Shown: positions 48,670-59,281, counted from the stretch's first letter. The stretch: 64,000 nt of DNA from a virus (IMGVR_UViG_3300021255_002056:21081-85080); one strand, 5' to 3'. Numbers and translations are program-made. The notes: a model not told the origin generated them from the letters alone.

Positions 48670-49153
48670 TATTAATTCTCTCCCTTCGCACTAATTCCAA
48701 AATCCAGCATTCGTTATAGACTTCCACGTTGCCATTACCTGAACTAAGAGCCTTATGCTTAATTCTTCGTTCTGGCTCGTATTTAACCTTGATAGAATAT
48801 CCATCTTTCTCTAAACGCTGCTGAATTTTGTCTAAATCTTTGTAAATAATTGTGTTTCCGTAAATATTAAGCATCTTCTCAACAGTATCTACGGTTTCTT
48901 CAAACTTACTACGTTTCTTCGGATAGTTGAGTCCGGCATAGTTCTTACGTTTTCCTTGCCTTGACTCGTTTAGATCCACTCTTTCAATGAAGTGAATATC
49001 ATTCAGAAGACAATTACCGCTTCGTACTTTACCATCAAGCTGATTCGATGTAACTCCATAACGTTTTGCTACATCTCCGCATTTGCCGTGAAATATCACT
49101 TCAGACTCAGGATCTTCCGTTTTATGTATGTAGTAATAGAAATGTCTGGCCAT
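48659..49153 (-). CDS. Hypothetical protein
   Basis: 164-aa ORF downstream of the helicase. Confidence 0.55.
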   Translation of the reverse strand: MARHFYYYIHKTEDPESEVIFHGKCGDVAKRYGVTSNQLDGKVRSGNCLLNDIHFIERVDLNESRQGKRKNYAGLNYPKKRSKFEETVDTVEKMLNIYGNTIIYKDLDKIQQRLEKDGYSIKVKYEPERRIKHKALSSGNGNVEVYNECWILELVRRERINNDY

Positions 49154-49170
49154 ATATTTATTGGTTCCCC

Positions 49171-50550
49171 TTAAAATAGTTTTAACTGTTCATATTTCTG
49201 CTTTAAGTATTCTTCTGATGACTGTGGTTTTGAAATATCTTTTTGGCTGTCTTCGTTTGGCTCGGGTTCATTGACGTTCGAGAAGTACTTTTGGTTGTAC
49301 TTTCTGACTAAGTCTCTTGAATTGAAGTTCTTTTTATTTTTCAGCGCAATGTTCATTCTGGTGTCGATCGGACTATTTGACTTAAGTCTGTAATAATATA
49401 AGTCATTAAATGGTGTATTTAGTCTGTCGATACGTCCAGACGCTTGTTCAAGAACTCTGTAACTTGGATTCTGCGAATAGAACACAATTGTGTCTGTTAC
49501 AATGCAATTCCAGGCCTCGTTTCCAGACGTATATTGGACCAAATAAGCCCACTTTTTCGTAGAAGGAATATCTTCGTGTTTGTGTCCGTTCCATTCGGTA
49601 TACGGCACGCCAGAGGCCTTAAAAACGCTTCTGAGAATATCCAACTCGTAGTCAAAGTTGTAGAAGATAATTACTCGCGGATGAGTCTCCATTATTTCGA
49701 GTAATTTAGCCTGTCTGTCATCGGAAATGTTGCTTACTTTACGCTGCAAATAGTACAATTTAGAACCGTTTTCAATTGGGCATTTGTCATATGGATCCCA
49801 ACGATCTTTTAGTAATGACTTGTATAAAAGCCTGTCGTAATCACACTCTATGATTTCGTAATGACGGGTTGTATGTCTGTGGAAATCCATATCGACGAGA
49901 ATCTCGTTTCTTAAGCGGTTTAACTTTAACGTCCCAACATATCTGTCAACCTTTGGGAAGTTTGTAAATCTGCTCCAGACAACATGCTCATTATTAAATT
50001 CTGTGAAATTACGATAGAAGCCATTTGCTATAAACACTGGAATATAATCTGACCAAGTGTCACCAGGTGTGGCGCTTAGTAATATCCAGTCGTTGTTTTT
50101 AGCCATTTTAAGAAAAGACTTAACCCATACCCCTTTTCCCACAACTCTTTGCTCATCGAAGATAAAGAACGCGTCTCTAACGTCCTTATACTTCTGAATG
50201 TTGTTCCAGCTGTCTATGACAACTATATGGTTGTAAACATCATTCTTGCTGTAATGTACATTTCCGTATTTATCTACAGTCTGTGTACTCGGAACCAAAA
50301 GAAAAGGAGCCATATCTGACTCCCAGTCTTTTGAATCTCGTTTTCGAGCAGTGGTAATTATGTACAGGTCTTTCATGGTGATATTACAATTCGACGTATG
50401 ATCGTTACCTACTATATCACCACCGTTCTCTTTAAAGTAATAACCAAGAGCTGTTCTAGATTTACCTGATCCAACTCCTCCACAGAGTATGCAGCCATTT
50501 TTCATATGACCAATGGCATCTAATTGGTAATCATATAAACCTAATCCCAT
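49171..50550 (-). CDS. SF2 (SNF2/DEAD-like) helicase
   Basis: GGVGSGKS, FDEQ, SATP, QASGRIDR. Confidence 0.88.
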   Translation of the reverse strand: MGLGLYDYQLDAIGHMKNGCILCGGVGSGKSRTALGYYFKENGGDIVGNDHTSNCNITMKDLYIITTARKRDSKDWESDMAPFLLVPSTQTVDKYGNVHYSKNDVYNHIVVIDSWNNIQKYKDVRDAFFIFDEQRVVGKGVWVKSFLKMAKNNDWILLSATPGDTWSDYIPVFIANGFYRNFTEFNNEHVVWSRFTNFPKVDRYVGTLKLNRLRNEILVDMDFHRHTTRHYEIIECDYDRLLYKSLLKDRWDPYDKCPIENGSKLYYLQRKVSNISDDRQAKLLEIMETHPRVIIFYNFDYELDILRSVFKASGVPYTEWNGHKHEDIPSTKKWAYLVQYTSGNEAWNCIVTDTIVFYSQNPSYRVLEQASGRIDRLNTPFNDLYYYRLKSNSPIDTRMNIALKNKKNFNSRDLVRKYNQKYFSNVNEPEPNEDSQKDISKPQSSEEYLKQKYEQLKLF

Positions 50551-50559
50551 AGTCTCTCC

Positions 50560-50838
50560 TTATGCAGAATATAAAAGTTCTTTAGCGTAGTTTGCCGATA
50601 GTTCTTTTACTCTCTTTTGGAAGTTTTCGAAGTGCTGATCATAAATATCTTTATTGATCGTACCGAGAGCATAATCGATCTTAACTTGTTCGATCTGGCG
50701 TTCAATGCTTTCGATCACTGCGATGTACATTCCGTTGCAGGCTAAATATAAAGGAATTTCTTCTTTCTTCTCTTCAACCGGTTCAGTATTCTTTGCTCTA
50801 CTGAATTTGCTCTTGATCCAATTCCAAATTTTAGTCAC
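50560..50838 (-). CDS. Hypothetical protein
   Basis: 92 aa, coupled. Confidence 0.5.
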   Translation of the reverse strand: MTKIWNWIKSKFSRAKNTEPVEEKKEEIPLYLACNGMYIAVIESIERQIEQVKIDYALGTINKDIYDQHFENFQKRVKELSANYAKELLYSA

Positions 50839-51124
50839 ACTTTAAATCCTCCTTCGCATATGAAGAATATTCATCACTTTCCGAAAATATCACTCCGTCA
50901 TCGTCGCTTGCGACTAGCTCGACCTTATTTCCTTCTGCCTTCGCGAAGAAAATATCAGGGTCTTCAGGATCATCTTTCGAGAAAGTGAGGCATTTTTTCC
51001 TATATGTATCCCAAGCTCTTGAGAACCATCCCTCTTTACCGTAAAGAAGAATTTTCATATCGAGCTTGTTCTGCATCCATATCGGAATGAAAGCATAAAA
51101 ATCCTTATTAAACGAACTTAACAT
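50831..51124 (-). CDS. Hypothetical protein
   Basis: 97 aa, coupled. Confidence 0.5.
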   Translation of the reverse strand: MLSSFNKDFYAFIPIWMQNKLDMKILLYGKEGWFSRAWDTYRKKCLTFSKDDPEDPDIFFAKAEGNKVELVASDDDGVIFSESDEYSSYAKEDLKCD

Positions 51125-51386
51125 ACTCTAAATCCTCACGTTTGAAGGCTTTACCGCAACCTTTACAGAACCAGCGATTGGCCATATTGTCTCCGCTTTT
51201 GGTATAGATGCGCTTATAAAAACGCATATTTGTTTTGCCACAGTTAGGGCAAATGCCTCTAAGGTGGATCGTGTTCTGGCGTTCAAGTTTTCTTTTACTT
51301 GATCCTGACAACTGAGGGAAGAAATATCTTTCAAGAGCATTAAAAGCTCTTGTGTGAATATCTTTTGATTCTTTGTAATCGTCCAT
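51108..51386 (-). CDS. Zn-ribbon protein
   Basis: CPNCGK...CKGCGK. Confidence 0.6.
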   Translation of the reverse strand: MDDYKESKDIHTRAFNALERYFFPQLSGSSKRKLERQNTIHLRGICPNCGKTNMRFYKRIYTKSGDNMANRWFCKGCGKAFKREDLEYVKFV

Positions 51387-51388
51387 TA

Positions 51389-51592
51389 TTATTCTCCTTT
51401 TGACTTCTTTTTTAAATAGGCAGCCAAAGACCCATTGTCTTTGAACTTAATGGGTCTATGACTATCTTTATTTACAGGATTCTCTAAACAATAATCACAA
51501 GGTTCTTCATTTTCTGCTTTATTCTTATGCTCACAGAACTTGCAGTACTGAAAGAACACGAATTTGTCTCTACTTCCGGTAAAATCAAGCAT
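51389..51592 (-). CDS. Small Cys-rich protein
   Basis: YCKFCEH...PCDYCL. Confidence 0.6.
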   Translation of the reverse strand: MLDFTGSRDKFVFFQYCKFCEHKNKAENEEPCDYCLENPVNKDSHRPIKFKDNGSLAAYLKKKSKGE

Positions 51593-51881
51593 CTTGGTTC
51601 AACCTCCTTCTGATACTATCAGCTAGACCAGAATATAATTCGTCTAGTGTCGGTCTGATGACATCACCAAGACATTTTTCTAGATCGAAGTTATACTCAT
51701 CGTAGAATTTCATAGAGAATATCCTGCCTCGCGGGCCATTTTCCTTATCGTTGAGGTGAAGCTCTACTAGAATTCCTTTGTTTCCCTTTTTCCAAATATA
51801 AATAGGAAGTTTAGGCGTTCCTGATTCCATATACAAATAGTTGTTGAACTCTGAAAAAGGATGATCTAAAGGAAGCGTCAT
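51585..51881 (-). CDS. Hypothetical protein
   Basis: 98 aa, GGAGG RBS. Confidence 0.5.
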   Translation of the reverse strand: MTLPLDHPFSEFNNYLYMESGTPKLPIYIWKKGNKGILVELHLNDKENGPRGRIFSMKFYDEYNFDLEKCLGDVIRPTLDELYSGLADSIRRRLNQDA

Positions 51882-51886
51882 AGATC

Positions 51887-52384
51887 TTAACCCTCCATTT
51901 TATTGGCGTTTGGGTATAAGTTGGCGTATTTATTGAAGAACGGATCTTCTCTAAGAACGACATGAAGAGTATCCAGATATGCTGAAATACCAGAAGAACC
52001 ATTTTTATTCCAATGGAACGGACTGATGAGCATATCAGAGCTTAAAATATCAGCCTGATCAAGCTGACCAGCAGTCATTTCTGTTAACTCAACAACACCA
52101 GCCTGTGTGTGCTGGTAGATTTTCGGAGGCCTTGCGCTTGAGAACTTGACATTAACCTTAATATGGTAGATACCAGGATCCTGAGGATCTCTAGGAGCTC
52201 TGAACTTAACGTTCCAGCCATCGTTCTGCATTCTATGTGCTACTTCAGGATCGTCAATGATGACATTGAAGTTACGATCGCCTTCACGGTTGTAATCAGT
52301 TTCTCTACCTCCAAAATTACGGTACAGAATACGTGCATCTTCAATTAACAGTTTTCCATTAGTGTCAATACTTACTTTACTCAT
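51887..52384 (-). CDS. Probable single-stranded DNA-binding protein
   Basis: Start MSKV; YRNFGGRE...GDRNFNV, KVNVKF, SAYL; adjacent to the polymerase. Confidence 0.55.
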   Translation of the reverse strand: MSKVSIDTNGKLLIEDARILYRNFGGRETDYNREGDRNFNVIIDDPEVAHRMQNDGWNVKFRAPRDPQDPGIYHIKVNVKFSSARPPKIYQHTQAGVVELTEMTAGQLDQADILSSDMLISPFHWNKNGSSGISAYLDTLHVVLREDPFFNKYANLYPNANKMEG

Positions 52385-52429
52385 TTTTAATTTTCTTCCT
52401 TTCTTTGTAAATAAGTTTTGAATAAATAT

Positions 52430-52460
52430 AAAAACGCCTTCTAAGTAAGAAGACGTCTTT
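52430..52460 (-). terminator. Hairpin / terminator after the polymerase 3' region
   Basis: AAAGACGTCTTCT-TACTT-AGAAGGCGTTTTT with two G-U pairs. Confidence 0.55.
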
Positions 52461-52471
52461 ACCAAAATATC

Positions 52472-52580
52472 AAGGAGTTTGGAGAGTCACGGGGGATAGG
52501 AATAGTAATCTATATTACTCTTTTAGTATCATAGGAGGATCAAAAGCAGTTAATATGTTAAGTTCAGCTCCAAACTCCTT
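52472..52580 (-). other. Intergenic stem-loop closed by a 13-bp perfect inverted repeat
   Basis: AAGGAGTTTGGAG (52472-52484) / CTCCAAACTCCTT (52568-52580). Confidence 0.55.
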
Positions 52581-52595
52581 TATTTCAAATGGCTG

Positions 52596-55500
52596 CTAAG
52601 AAGCAAACCATTCAAAATCACCGTATTGTGATATTGTTTCAATCGCAGTATCAATTTGAGCATCATAAAAGGAACGATCAATATGACTTTCTAATTTGAG
52701 AGTCTTTACCGTTTCTGATTGGAGCCATCTATAGCCTTTAGCTCCTGATGCTGAATCATATTTAAGTTGTCCTTTAAGATTTGATTCTCTTACGAGAGAT
52801 CCACCTCCGAATCCTTTCTGGATAGGAGTGAACAAACCGATTTTTCCGATATATTTGTAGTTATGCCCTTCTGCAATCTTTTTAATTAGTTCTTCTTTTT
52901 CATCAGAAAGTTTACTGAACAGAGGACCATCATACTTCTTAATATCTTTATCGATCTTCTTGAGCCTCTCTTCGAGTTGCGATACATCCGGTAGTTCTTC
53001 GTTCATATCCAAATATAAGGATGTCGTAACTGCAAATGTTTCACACATATCGTCAAATACGATCGGCTCCTTAGAGAACAACTTTTTAAACACATATGGA
53101 ACAGCAAATTGTTTACCTGTTGCAGTCCACCAAGTTTCTTTACCAGTATTCTTGTCAATTAAAGGCTCTTTAAATTTCGCGATGTAAACTGCATCATTTA
53201 CAAGGCAGAACTTAGAGAACTCTGCTTCTGTTTCGAATGAATATCCATATTCCTTTCCGAAACGGATGACAAAATCCTGAATTTCCTTAGTTGCATTTGG
53301 AATCTTAATGGAGTCTGTTTTAATATGTGCAACAGTATAACCCCATTTCTCAACTTGCTGTTTCAACAATGTCATAAACAAAGCTCCACGTTTTGCGACG
53401 ATGTTGTCTACGTTTCGCGGATCCTTGAATGTGTTTGCAAATTTTGCGCTTGTTAAACCGTAAATAGAGTTAATAACGATCTTTAAAGCCTGTGCAAGAG
53501 ATTTTGCATATTCATCTTTAAGATACGGCGTCATAACTCCATTCAGCATCTTTTCTGCTGCTGCAAAGTCTTTATGCTTAATAGCAACTCTGGCATCAAC
53601 AATATCCTGGAATACTTTCGTATATTCAGGACCAAACAAGCACTCATAAATTACACTATGCGGATGCATACTTGAGACATCCCCATCCCAAATATCATTC
53701 CACATACCTGGATTAGAAAATACACGACCGCCTTCACCAATTTCTTCTCCGAGATACGTTGAATGCGGTGAAAACTTTAACACACCTTTATCATCCTCAA
53801 TATCCAATCCGTCAGAATCTTTCCTCTTTACAAGCTGCTTAATAAACTCAAACTTGTATCCAGGAAAGAACGGAAGTATTGAATATCCATCTGGTAATTC
53901 AGATTTGCCATCATAAGTCTTATAGCAAGGTAATCCATCTGCATCAAAGACCCTGAATACATAATCTTCACCGAACTTTTCTCTATACTCAGAATATCTT
54001 TTATATGAAACCGGTTTTGATAAGTCTCTATAATTGAACACTGCCTGAGGTGAACGGTTGTTACCAAATATAATTTTTGCAGATAAGGTGTTAGTCGTGT
54101 CGTTAACTGTTACATTTGTAATACCATGGAGGTTTTTAGCCAATTCAACCTGAATCTGTCTAGCCATCCAATCTCCCTGGTTTTCATTAAAGACTGCTTC
54201 GGTTGCTATAACATCGTTATCGCAATACTCTGCTACTCTATCCCAGAGATCTTCTGGAACAGGTTTATCCCATGGCAGACCAAGTTCATCATGAATAATA
54301 TTTAATTCAGGATGTTCTTTTTGTAATTCGATCTCCCATTTTTTAAGAGATTGTTTCTTCGTACAGAAATCGTAGACATCGGTATAAGACAGATTGTACG
54401 CCTCACTAAAATATCCACGTCCTTCGTTGATTAAACTCTTAGACAATTCGAATATCGCTTCGTTGTTATAGCCCATCATTCTTGCATAAAGAATATGGTT
54501 ATCATACCTACGGCAGTTAAATCCGATTAATTTATGTGAACAAAGTTCCTCAATTTCTTTCATTCCAGGATTTATTAATCTAATAACTGGTTTGTCATCG
54601 CCTTCCCATTTCCAGTTGACTAAAAACAGATTAGGGAATACTTCAACATCATAAAATATCACTCTGTCTTCTAAGCTTTCGACATTATCGGAAGGATCCT
54701 CTGAACAGAAATGCATTTTATTTACCAGTTTTAAACAATAATCTGAATTGTGAGTACTATTTGTCGCAAATACACGAATATCGTTTGCTAAATCTGTCAC
54801 ATCATATTTCAGATCTGAGTTATAAGCATCTTCTAAGATCTTATAAATAAAGTCGATATTCTGCTTCGTGCTAGGCATCTTATCGTATTCTTTATTTAAG
54901 CATCTCTTTATGATGGTCTTAAGCGATTTAGCGTTAGCAATTCCCTCAAAATTGACCACTTTGTTATCTCCTTTCAATGGCAAACCAGAATTAAGTTCAG
55001 CAATTGGTAAATCATTACACTCGGTAAGTTTTCGTCTTAACGATGAATTACCTGTGAATACCTTGACTTCTATTCGATCATCAAATATCCGGCTAAGTAA
55101 ATTCGGATCTCCACCTGTCCAAATATAATGGAGGTGAATTCCTTTTCCTGACTTACTTAATTCTGCATAAGTCTTTGGCCATTTACTTGCCTCTATTAGA
55201 TTCGCTTTGAAATCTTTTTCACCATTTTTATCTGGAATATCAAAATCGATAACTATGTGATTTTCAGGAACTTTTACATAATGAAGCTCTGAAGTATTTA
55301 TGTCTTTTAACGACGTCTTTACCTTTACCCACGAATATGTAGGTGTTTCATTGGTATTTGCATATTGAGCAGGACACTCTTTACAAAGATTATCAAAGTA
55401 AGAAGGCTGCTTTTTAAACTCTATGAGTTCGTGATCAGTCTTCTTTTTTGGTTTCTTTGTATCAGATGCTGATTCAAATTTAGACGTCTTGAAACCGTAA

Positions 55501-56768
55501 TAATAGTTTCTAGAACGTTTTCCATCTGTACTCAAATGTGTATCGTCAAATGACTCAAAATAATCTCTAAGTTCTTCCTTAAATATCCTTTTTGGTAATG
55601 GATAAGACACTTTTGCTTCATCACAATATGTTTTATACATCTCCCAGGCTGTTTTAAGGCTTACTCCGTCTTCTTCCTTAAATATAAAGAAAGAATCCAA
55701 TACGAAGTTGTAGAAATCGTTTGATGCAACCATCATACGTCTTGGAATATAATCTTCGTATTTTTCAGGATCTTCGAGATATACTTCCTTACAATGAGAT
55801 GCAATTCCACCAAGTTCAAAGTCGATGCCTTTTGTAAGTTTTCTATACTCACTTAAACTTAACTTATTACCTGATGGAACTACATCAATAAGCCTTCGGA
55901 TAATACCTGATTTAGCATCGGTAATTTTTACCGGTTTATTTGTTCCCATAAATAAAAACGACTTAAACCTGTTTGTATAAGTCGCTTTAAACTTTTCGTT
56001 TACTGTCATGTACTCATGAGAAACTAAACTATTTAATCTTGTATTATCTTCAATTTTAGATAAGTCACCATCATGCTGAATTGCAACCAAAGGATTTGTT
56101 CTAAATGCCTCAAGTGCGAACGAGTTATTTGATGAACCGAGAGCCTTTGCATCAAATACCGAATAATATCCATCAAATAGTTTCTGAATAATATTCAATA
56201 CGGTTGACTTACCAGATCCTGGAGCACCATAAAGTACAATAAATTTTTGTACTTCTTTTGAATCTCCGGATATGATCGATCCAATAGCCCATTCAAGTTT
56301 CTCTCGTTCTTCTGGATCATATAATGTTGACATTATCTTTTCATAATTTGGAATAGGGCCTGGTTGAAGCGGATAGTTCAACCTTTTTGAAGCGTAATCC
56401 TTTTTATTTACCGGATCATTGGAGAATATCAATTTCTCGTCAAGCATATGATAGTTGTCTCTCATCTGCTTTTGACAATACTTATGAAAATTATCAATCA
56501 TTCCGGTCGATGCATCCCACATATACATAATCTTGACATTACCATCAAACTGATTCTTATTTTTCTGATAATAATTTGTTAATTCTTTGTCTATGAGTCT
56601 TACAGCATCTTGTTCGTCTTCCGACCAGACCCCAGCTTCTTCATCCCAAATTGCATAGAAGTCTCGACCACGAATCATTAGATCAGAGCTTTTCTGTATT
56701 TTAAATTTTGGATAGATCTCTATGGTCCCTTTTGTAACCTTTGTAGATATCACTAAGAAATCTATCAT
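52596..56768 (-). CDS. Helicase-primase-exonuclease-DNA polymerase (family B) fusion
   Basis: SF3 Walker A GAPGSGKS; AEP VIDFDI and SKSGKGIHLHY; exonuclease YDVEV, GFN..YD, YCDND; PolB DVSSMHP, K...NSIYG, KTDS. Confidence 0.88.
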   Translation of the reverse strand: MIDFLVISTKVTKGTIEIYPKFKIQKSSDLMIRGRDFYAIWDEEAGVWSEDEQDAVRLIDKELTNYYQKNKNQFDGNVKIMYMWDASTGMIDNFHKYCQKQMRDNYHMLDEKLIFSNDPVNKKDYASKRLNYPLQPGPIPNYEKIMSTLYDPEEREKLEWAIGSIISGDSKEVQKFIVLYGAPGSGKSTVLNIIQKLFDGYYSVFDAKALGSSNNSFALEAFRTNPLVAIQHDGDLSKIEDNTRLNSLVSHEYMTVNEKFKATYTNRFKSFLFMGTNKPVKITDAKSGIIRRLIDVVPSGNKLSLSEYRKLTKGIDFELGGIASHCKEVYLEDPEKYEDYIPRRMMVASNDFYNFVLDSFFIFKEEDGVSLKTAWEMYKTYCDEAKVSYPLPKRIFKEELRDYFESFDDTHLSTDGKRSRNYYYGFKTSKFESASDTKKPKKKTDHELIEFKKQPSYFDNLCKECPAQYANTNETPTYSWVKVKTSLKDINTSELHYVKVPENHIVIDFDIPDKNGEKDFKANLIEASKWPKTYAELSKSGKGIHLHYIWTGGDPNLLSRIFDDRIEVKVFTGNSSLRRKLTECNDLPIAELNSGLPLKGDNKVVNFEGIANAKSLKTIIKRCLNKEYDKMPSTKQNIDFIYKILEDAYNSDLKYDVTDLANDIRVFATNSTHNSDYCLKLVNKMHFCSEDPSDNVESLEDRVIFYDVEVFPNLFLVNWKWEGDDKPVIRLINPGMKEIEELCSHKLIGFNCRRYDNHILYARMMGYNNEAIFELSKSLINEGRGYFSEAYNLSYTDVYDFCTKKQSLKKWEIELQKEHPELNIIHDELGLPWDKPVPEDLWDRVAEYCDNDVIATEAVFNENQGDWMARQIQVELAKNLHGITNVTVNDTTNTLSAKIIFGNNRSPQAVFNYRDLSKPVSYKRYSEYREKFGEDYVFRVFDADGLPCYKTYDGKSELPDGYSILPFFPGYKFEFIKQLVKRKDSDGLDIEDDKGVLKFSPHSTYLGEEIGEGGRVFSNPGMWNDIWDGDVSSMHPHSVIYECLFGPEYTKVFQDIVDARVAIKHKDFAAAEKMLNGVMTPYLKDEYAKSLAQALKIVINSIYGLTSAKFANTFKDPRNVDNIVAKRGALFMTLLKQQVEKWGYTVAHIKTDSIKIPNATKEIQDFVIRFGKEYGYSFETEAEFSKFCLVNDAVYIAKFKEPLIDKNTGKETWWTATGKQFAVPYVFKKLFSKEPIVFDDMCETFAVTTSLYLDMNEELPDVSQLEERLKKIDKDIKKYDGPLFSKLSDEKEELIKKIAEGHNYKYIGKIGLFTPIQKGFGGGSLVRESNLKGQLKYDSASGAKGYRWLQSETVKTLKLESHIDRSFYDAQIDTAIETISQYGDFEWFAS

Positions 56769-56785
56769 TCGATTCCTCTCCTTTC

Positions 56786-57058
56786 TTAATGATTCTTAAG
56801 TTCGTTTACTTCTGATTTAAGTTCTTCTACATCCTTATTAATTTCATAAATTAAATAAACAGTTACACCAAGGCAGCATGTCAAAATAAAATTACTACGA
56901 TTTAAACTATTAACACTCTTCACGAATCCATGATTAATGCTTGCCTGAATATCAAACATATTTGAAATCATGCTTAATGCTTGCAATGTAAACTCGTGTG
57001 TATTTACATCAGCAACTGGCATTTTAATTTCGGGCATAGTTACTTTTTTCAATTCCAT
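56786..57058 (-). CDS. Small membrane protein
   Basis: C-terminal FILTCCLGVTVYLIY then coiled coil. Confidence 0.5.
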   Translation of the reverse strand: MELKKVTMPEIKMPVADVNTHEFTLQALSMISNMFDIQASINHGFVKSVNSLNRSNFILTCCLGVTVYLIYEINKDVEELKSEVNELKNH

Positions 57059-57624
57059 TCCTCCTTAAGATTTTCATCTAAAAACCACATAAATTGACAC
57101 CAAATATCAACTTCTCTCATGTCTCTATGTGGATGCTCTAACGTAAAAAGACCGCCCTTTCCGTTGTAATCGTACCGATGAGCTAAGAAATTAGTAATTA
57201 CATTTGCACAATACTCTCTATCAAATGATTTGTCTTCCATTCCATTTAATCCGAGTGATACTATCATCGACCAGAACCATTGTCCTGTACGATTACCAAA
57301 TCTGTAATTAGCTGTTATTTCTTCTTCAACTTTATAAGATAGAGCGATCATCATTTCCAAAATACTGCAGTCTCTTGTGTTTAAACATTCTTCTATGACA
57401 GCATCAGGATATCCATATTCGTATCCAAATCTGTATCTGAAATCTATTCCATCAATTCTACGGTTGTCATCCATGTCTATTGTCGGAACAAATGTTGAAG
57501 AATGCAGAAAATATAATAGTTTTCTATATGAGATTTTGTTTTTACGTTCGGTACTGCAAACTAGATGATACATCCATTCAAAATATTCATTATTTACTTT
57601 ATCTATTTCCTTACTATGTATCAT
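57049..57624 (-). CDS. Conserved-looking hypothetical protein
   Basis: DDNRRIDGIDFR, SILEMMIALS, GGLF, IWCQ. Confidence 0.65.
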   Translation of the reverse strand: MIHSKEIDKVNNEYFEWMYHLVCSTERKNKISYRKLLYFLHSSTFVPTIDMDDNRRIDGIDFRYRFGYEYGYPDAVIEECLNTRDCSILEMMIALSYKVEEEITANYRFGNRTGQWFWSMIVSLGLNGMEDKSFDREYCANVITNFLAHRYDYNGKGGLFTLEHPHRDMREVDIWCQFMWFLDENLKEEWN

Positions 57625-57642
57625 CTGACCCCCTTTCGACTA

Positions 57643-58296
57643 TTAGTCGTTGAAGTCGTAATCCGCTAGTTGAATTTCAAAATCTGACGAAATATCATCG
57701 TTTCTAATCCACGCAATATCTACTCGATCTTCTAATAACTTAGATAACTGTTTGTAATTTTCCTCGCCTAAAATATCTTCAGGATTGATTACAGGATTAA
57801 AGTCCTTATCTATAACAATTCCATTTGCATGGTAAACAAGTGGAATCTTTGAATAGTCTTCATGATCCTCGTAATCGTCGCCAGATATGAAGTATGTGCT
57901 ATTACTATTAGCCACTGTATTTACAACAGTTCCTCGAAAATCATTAATAAGATTCTTAGCTGTTAAAACAGAAGAGTCTACCTTTTCTTCGATAGACTCT
58001 TTAATTTCTGTAGCTTTTTCAACGGCTTGATCGGTTACATAACCAAGATTCTCATTTAAATCTTGATAAGTATCAAGCATCTTTTCTTTGAGAATTCTGT
58101 TTTTATCAGTTAACTCTTTTTTAAGATCATCAAGCTCTTTTGATTTATTTCTGTATTCGTCTCTAGCGGGTTTTACTTCAGCCTCATAAAACTCGTCTTT
58201 TTTCTTTTCAAAAATATCATTTTCAATGAAATGTACCGCAACTGCTCCAATTGCTGCTCCAGCAACGAATGAAACAAGTACTGCAAGTTTCTTCAT
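57643..58296 (-). CDS. Membrane-anchored coiled-coil protein
   Basis: LVSFVAGAAIGAVAV N-terminus. Confidence 0.6.
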   Translation of the reverse strand: MKKLAVLVSFVAGAAIGAVAVHFIENDIFEKKKDEFYEAEVKPARDEYRNKSKELDDLKKELTDKNRILKEKMLDTYQDLNENLGYVTDQAVEKATEIKESIEEKVDSSVLTAKNLINDFRGTVVNTVANSNSTYFISGDDYEDHEDYSKIPLVYHANGIVIDKDFNPVINPEDILGEENYKQLSKLLEDRVDIAWIRNDDISSDFEIQLADYDFND

Positions 58297-58321
58297 TTTC
58301 TACTCTCCTTTCAAATATCTT

Positions 58322-59281
58322 TTAATAAACTAATGGCTCAAGTCCTACAAAATCTAACAGCATAACTGGATTGAGTGTGTCGCCATCCATAATTGCTGTA
58401 TCAACTGGTTTCTTAACTCTTTCTCCATTTGGAGTTAATACATATACCAAAATATCAAAGTCTGCAGGATCACCGAATTCATCCAGATTTGCTTTCTCTC
58501 CTGGTCTGAAAATAGCACCGATGACATCGCCCTTTTCGAGATCAGGTCTTAAGTCAAGTTCTGCACAAATTTCATTAAATGAAACCCTGTGAGACCTTCT
58601 TCTCTTAAGTTTTCGACGAATATTCCTCTTAGCAGTATTGATCTGCATAAGATTCATATTGACACTCTTATCCCAGAAACAGCTATCCATATCAAAGAAC
58701 CTTGTGAAGTCTCTATCTGAAATATCAGTCTTATCTGTCATCTTGTATTCGACAGAATCTTCTTCACCGTCTTTTCCTTTGACTTTCTTAGCTTTAATGT
58801 TATACCTTGCCTCGAGATCCGCATTTTCACCGTATTTTTCTACAATATTATTACGGTAACTCTTGAACGTTTCAGACAATCCAACATATGCTGCACCGAG
58901 ACTTGCATTACGTTTAACCATAATACTATGCGATCCGAGAATACACCAAATAGAACCGCCGATTAATAATCCTGCAGGTAAATATAACTTAACAAGCCTA
59001 AATCCGGTTCTAAAATATGTTACAGTTACATCTTTTCTTCTGTCTTTTTCCGTATATTCGATTTTTGCATCCATTTCAGGATCATAAATATAACCCTGAT
59101 CAGATTTTTCTTTGATTGTATCGATCTGTTCTTTATGTTCTTCTAAGATTGGATCGATCTGTTTTGTTTCTTTGCACGCCACAACTGTTCCTGCAACAAC
59201 GCCAGAGACCCCTAAAGTAACAAGGATCTCTGGTAAATGTTTTTTAACTACAGAAACAACACTATCAACAATTTGGTTCAT
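58322..59281 (-). CDS. DUF6353-like protein
   Basis: KKHLPEILVTLGVSGVVAGTVVACK; family assignment from memory. Confidence 0.6.
   Translation of the reverse strand: MNQIVDSVVSVVKKHLPEILVTLGVSGVVAGTVVACKETKQIDPILEEHKEQIDTIKEKSDQGYIYDPEMDAKIEYTEKDRRKDVTVTYFRTGFRLVKLYLPAGLLIGGSIWCILGSHSIMVKRNASLGAAYVGLSETFKSYRNNIVEKYGENADLEARYNIKAKKVKGKDGEEDSVEYKMTDKTDISDRDFTRFFDMDSCFWDKSVNMNLMQINTAKRNIRRKLKRRRSHRVSFNEICAELDLRPDLEKGDVIGAIFRPGEKANLDEFGDPADFDILVYVLTPNGERVKKPVDTAIMDGDTLNPVMLLDFVGLEPLVY

Noticed and set aside
53780-54060. Intein or intron in the polymerase between exonuclease and PolB domains
   Set aside because: The frame is uninterrupted and there are no intein splice motifs or homing endonuclease signature; probably a linker insertion.
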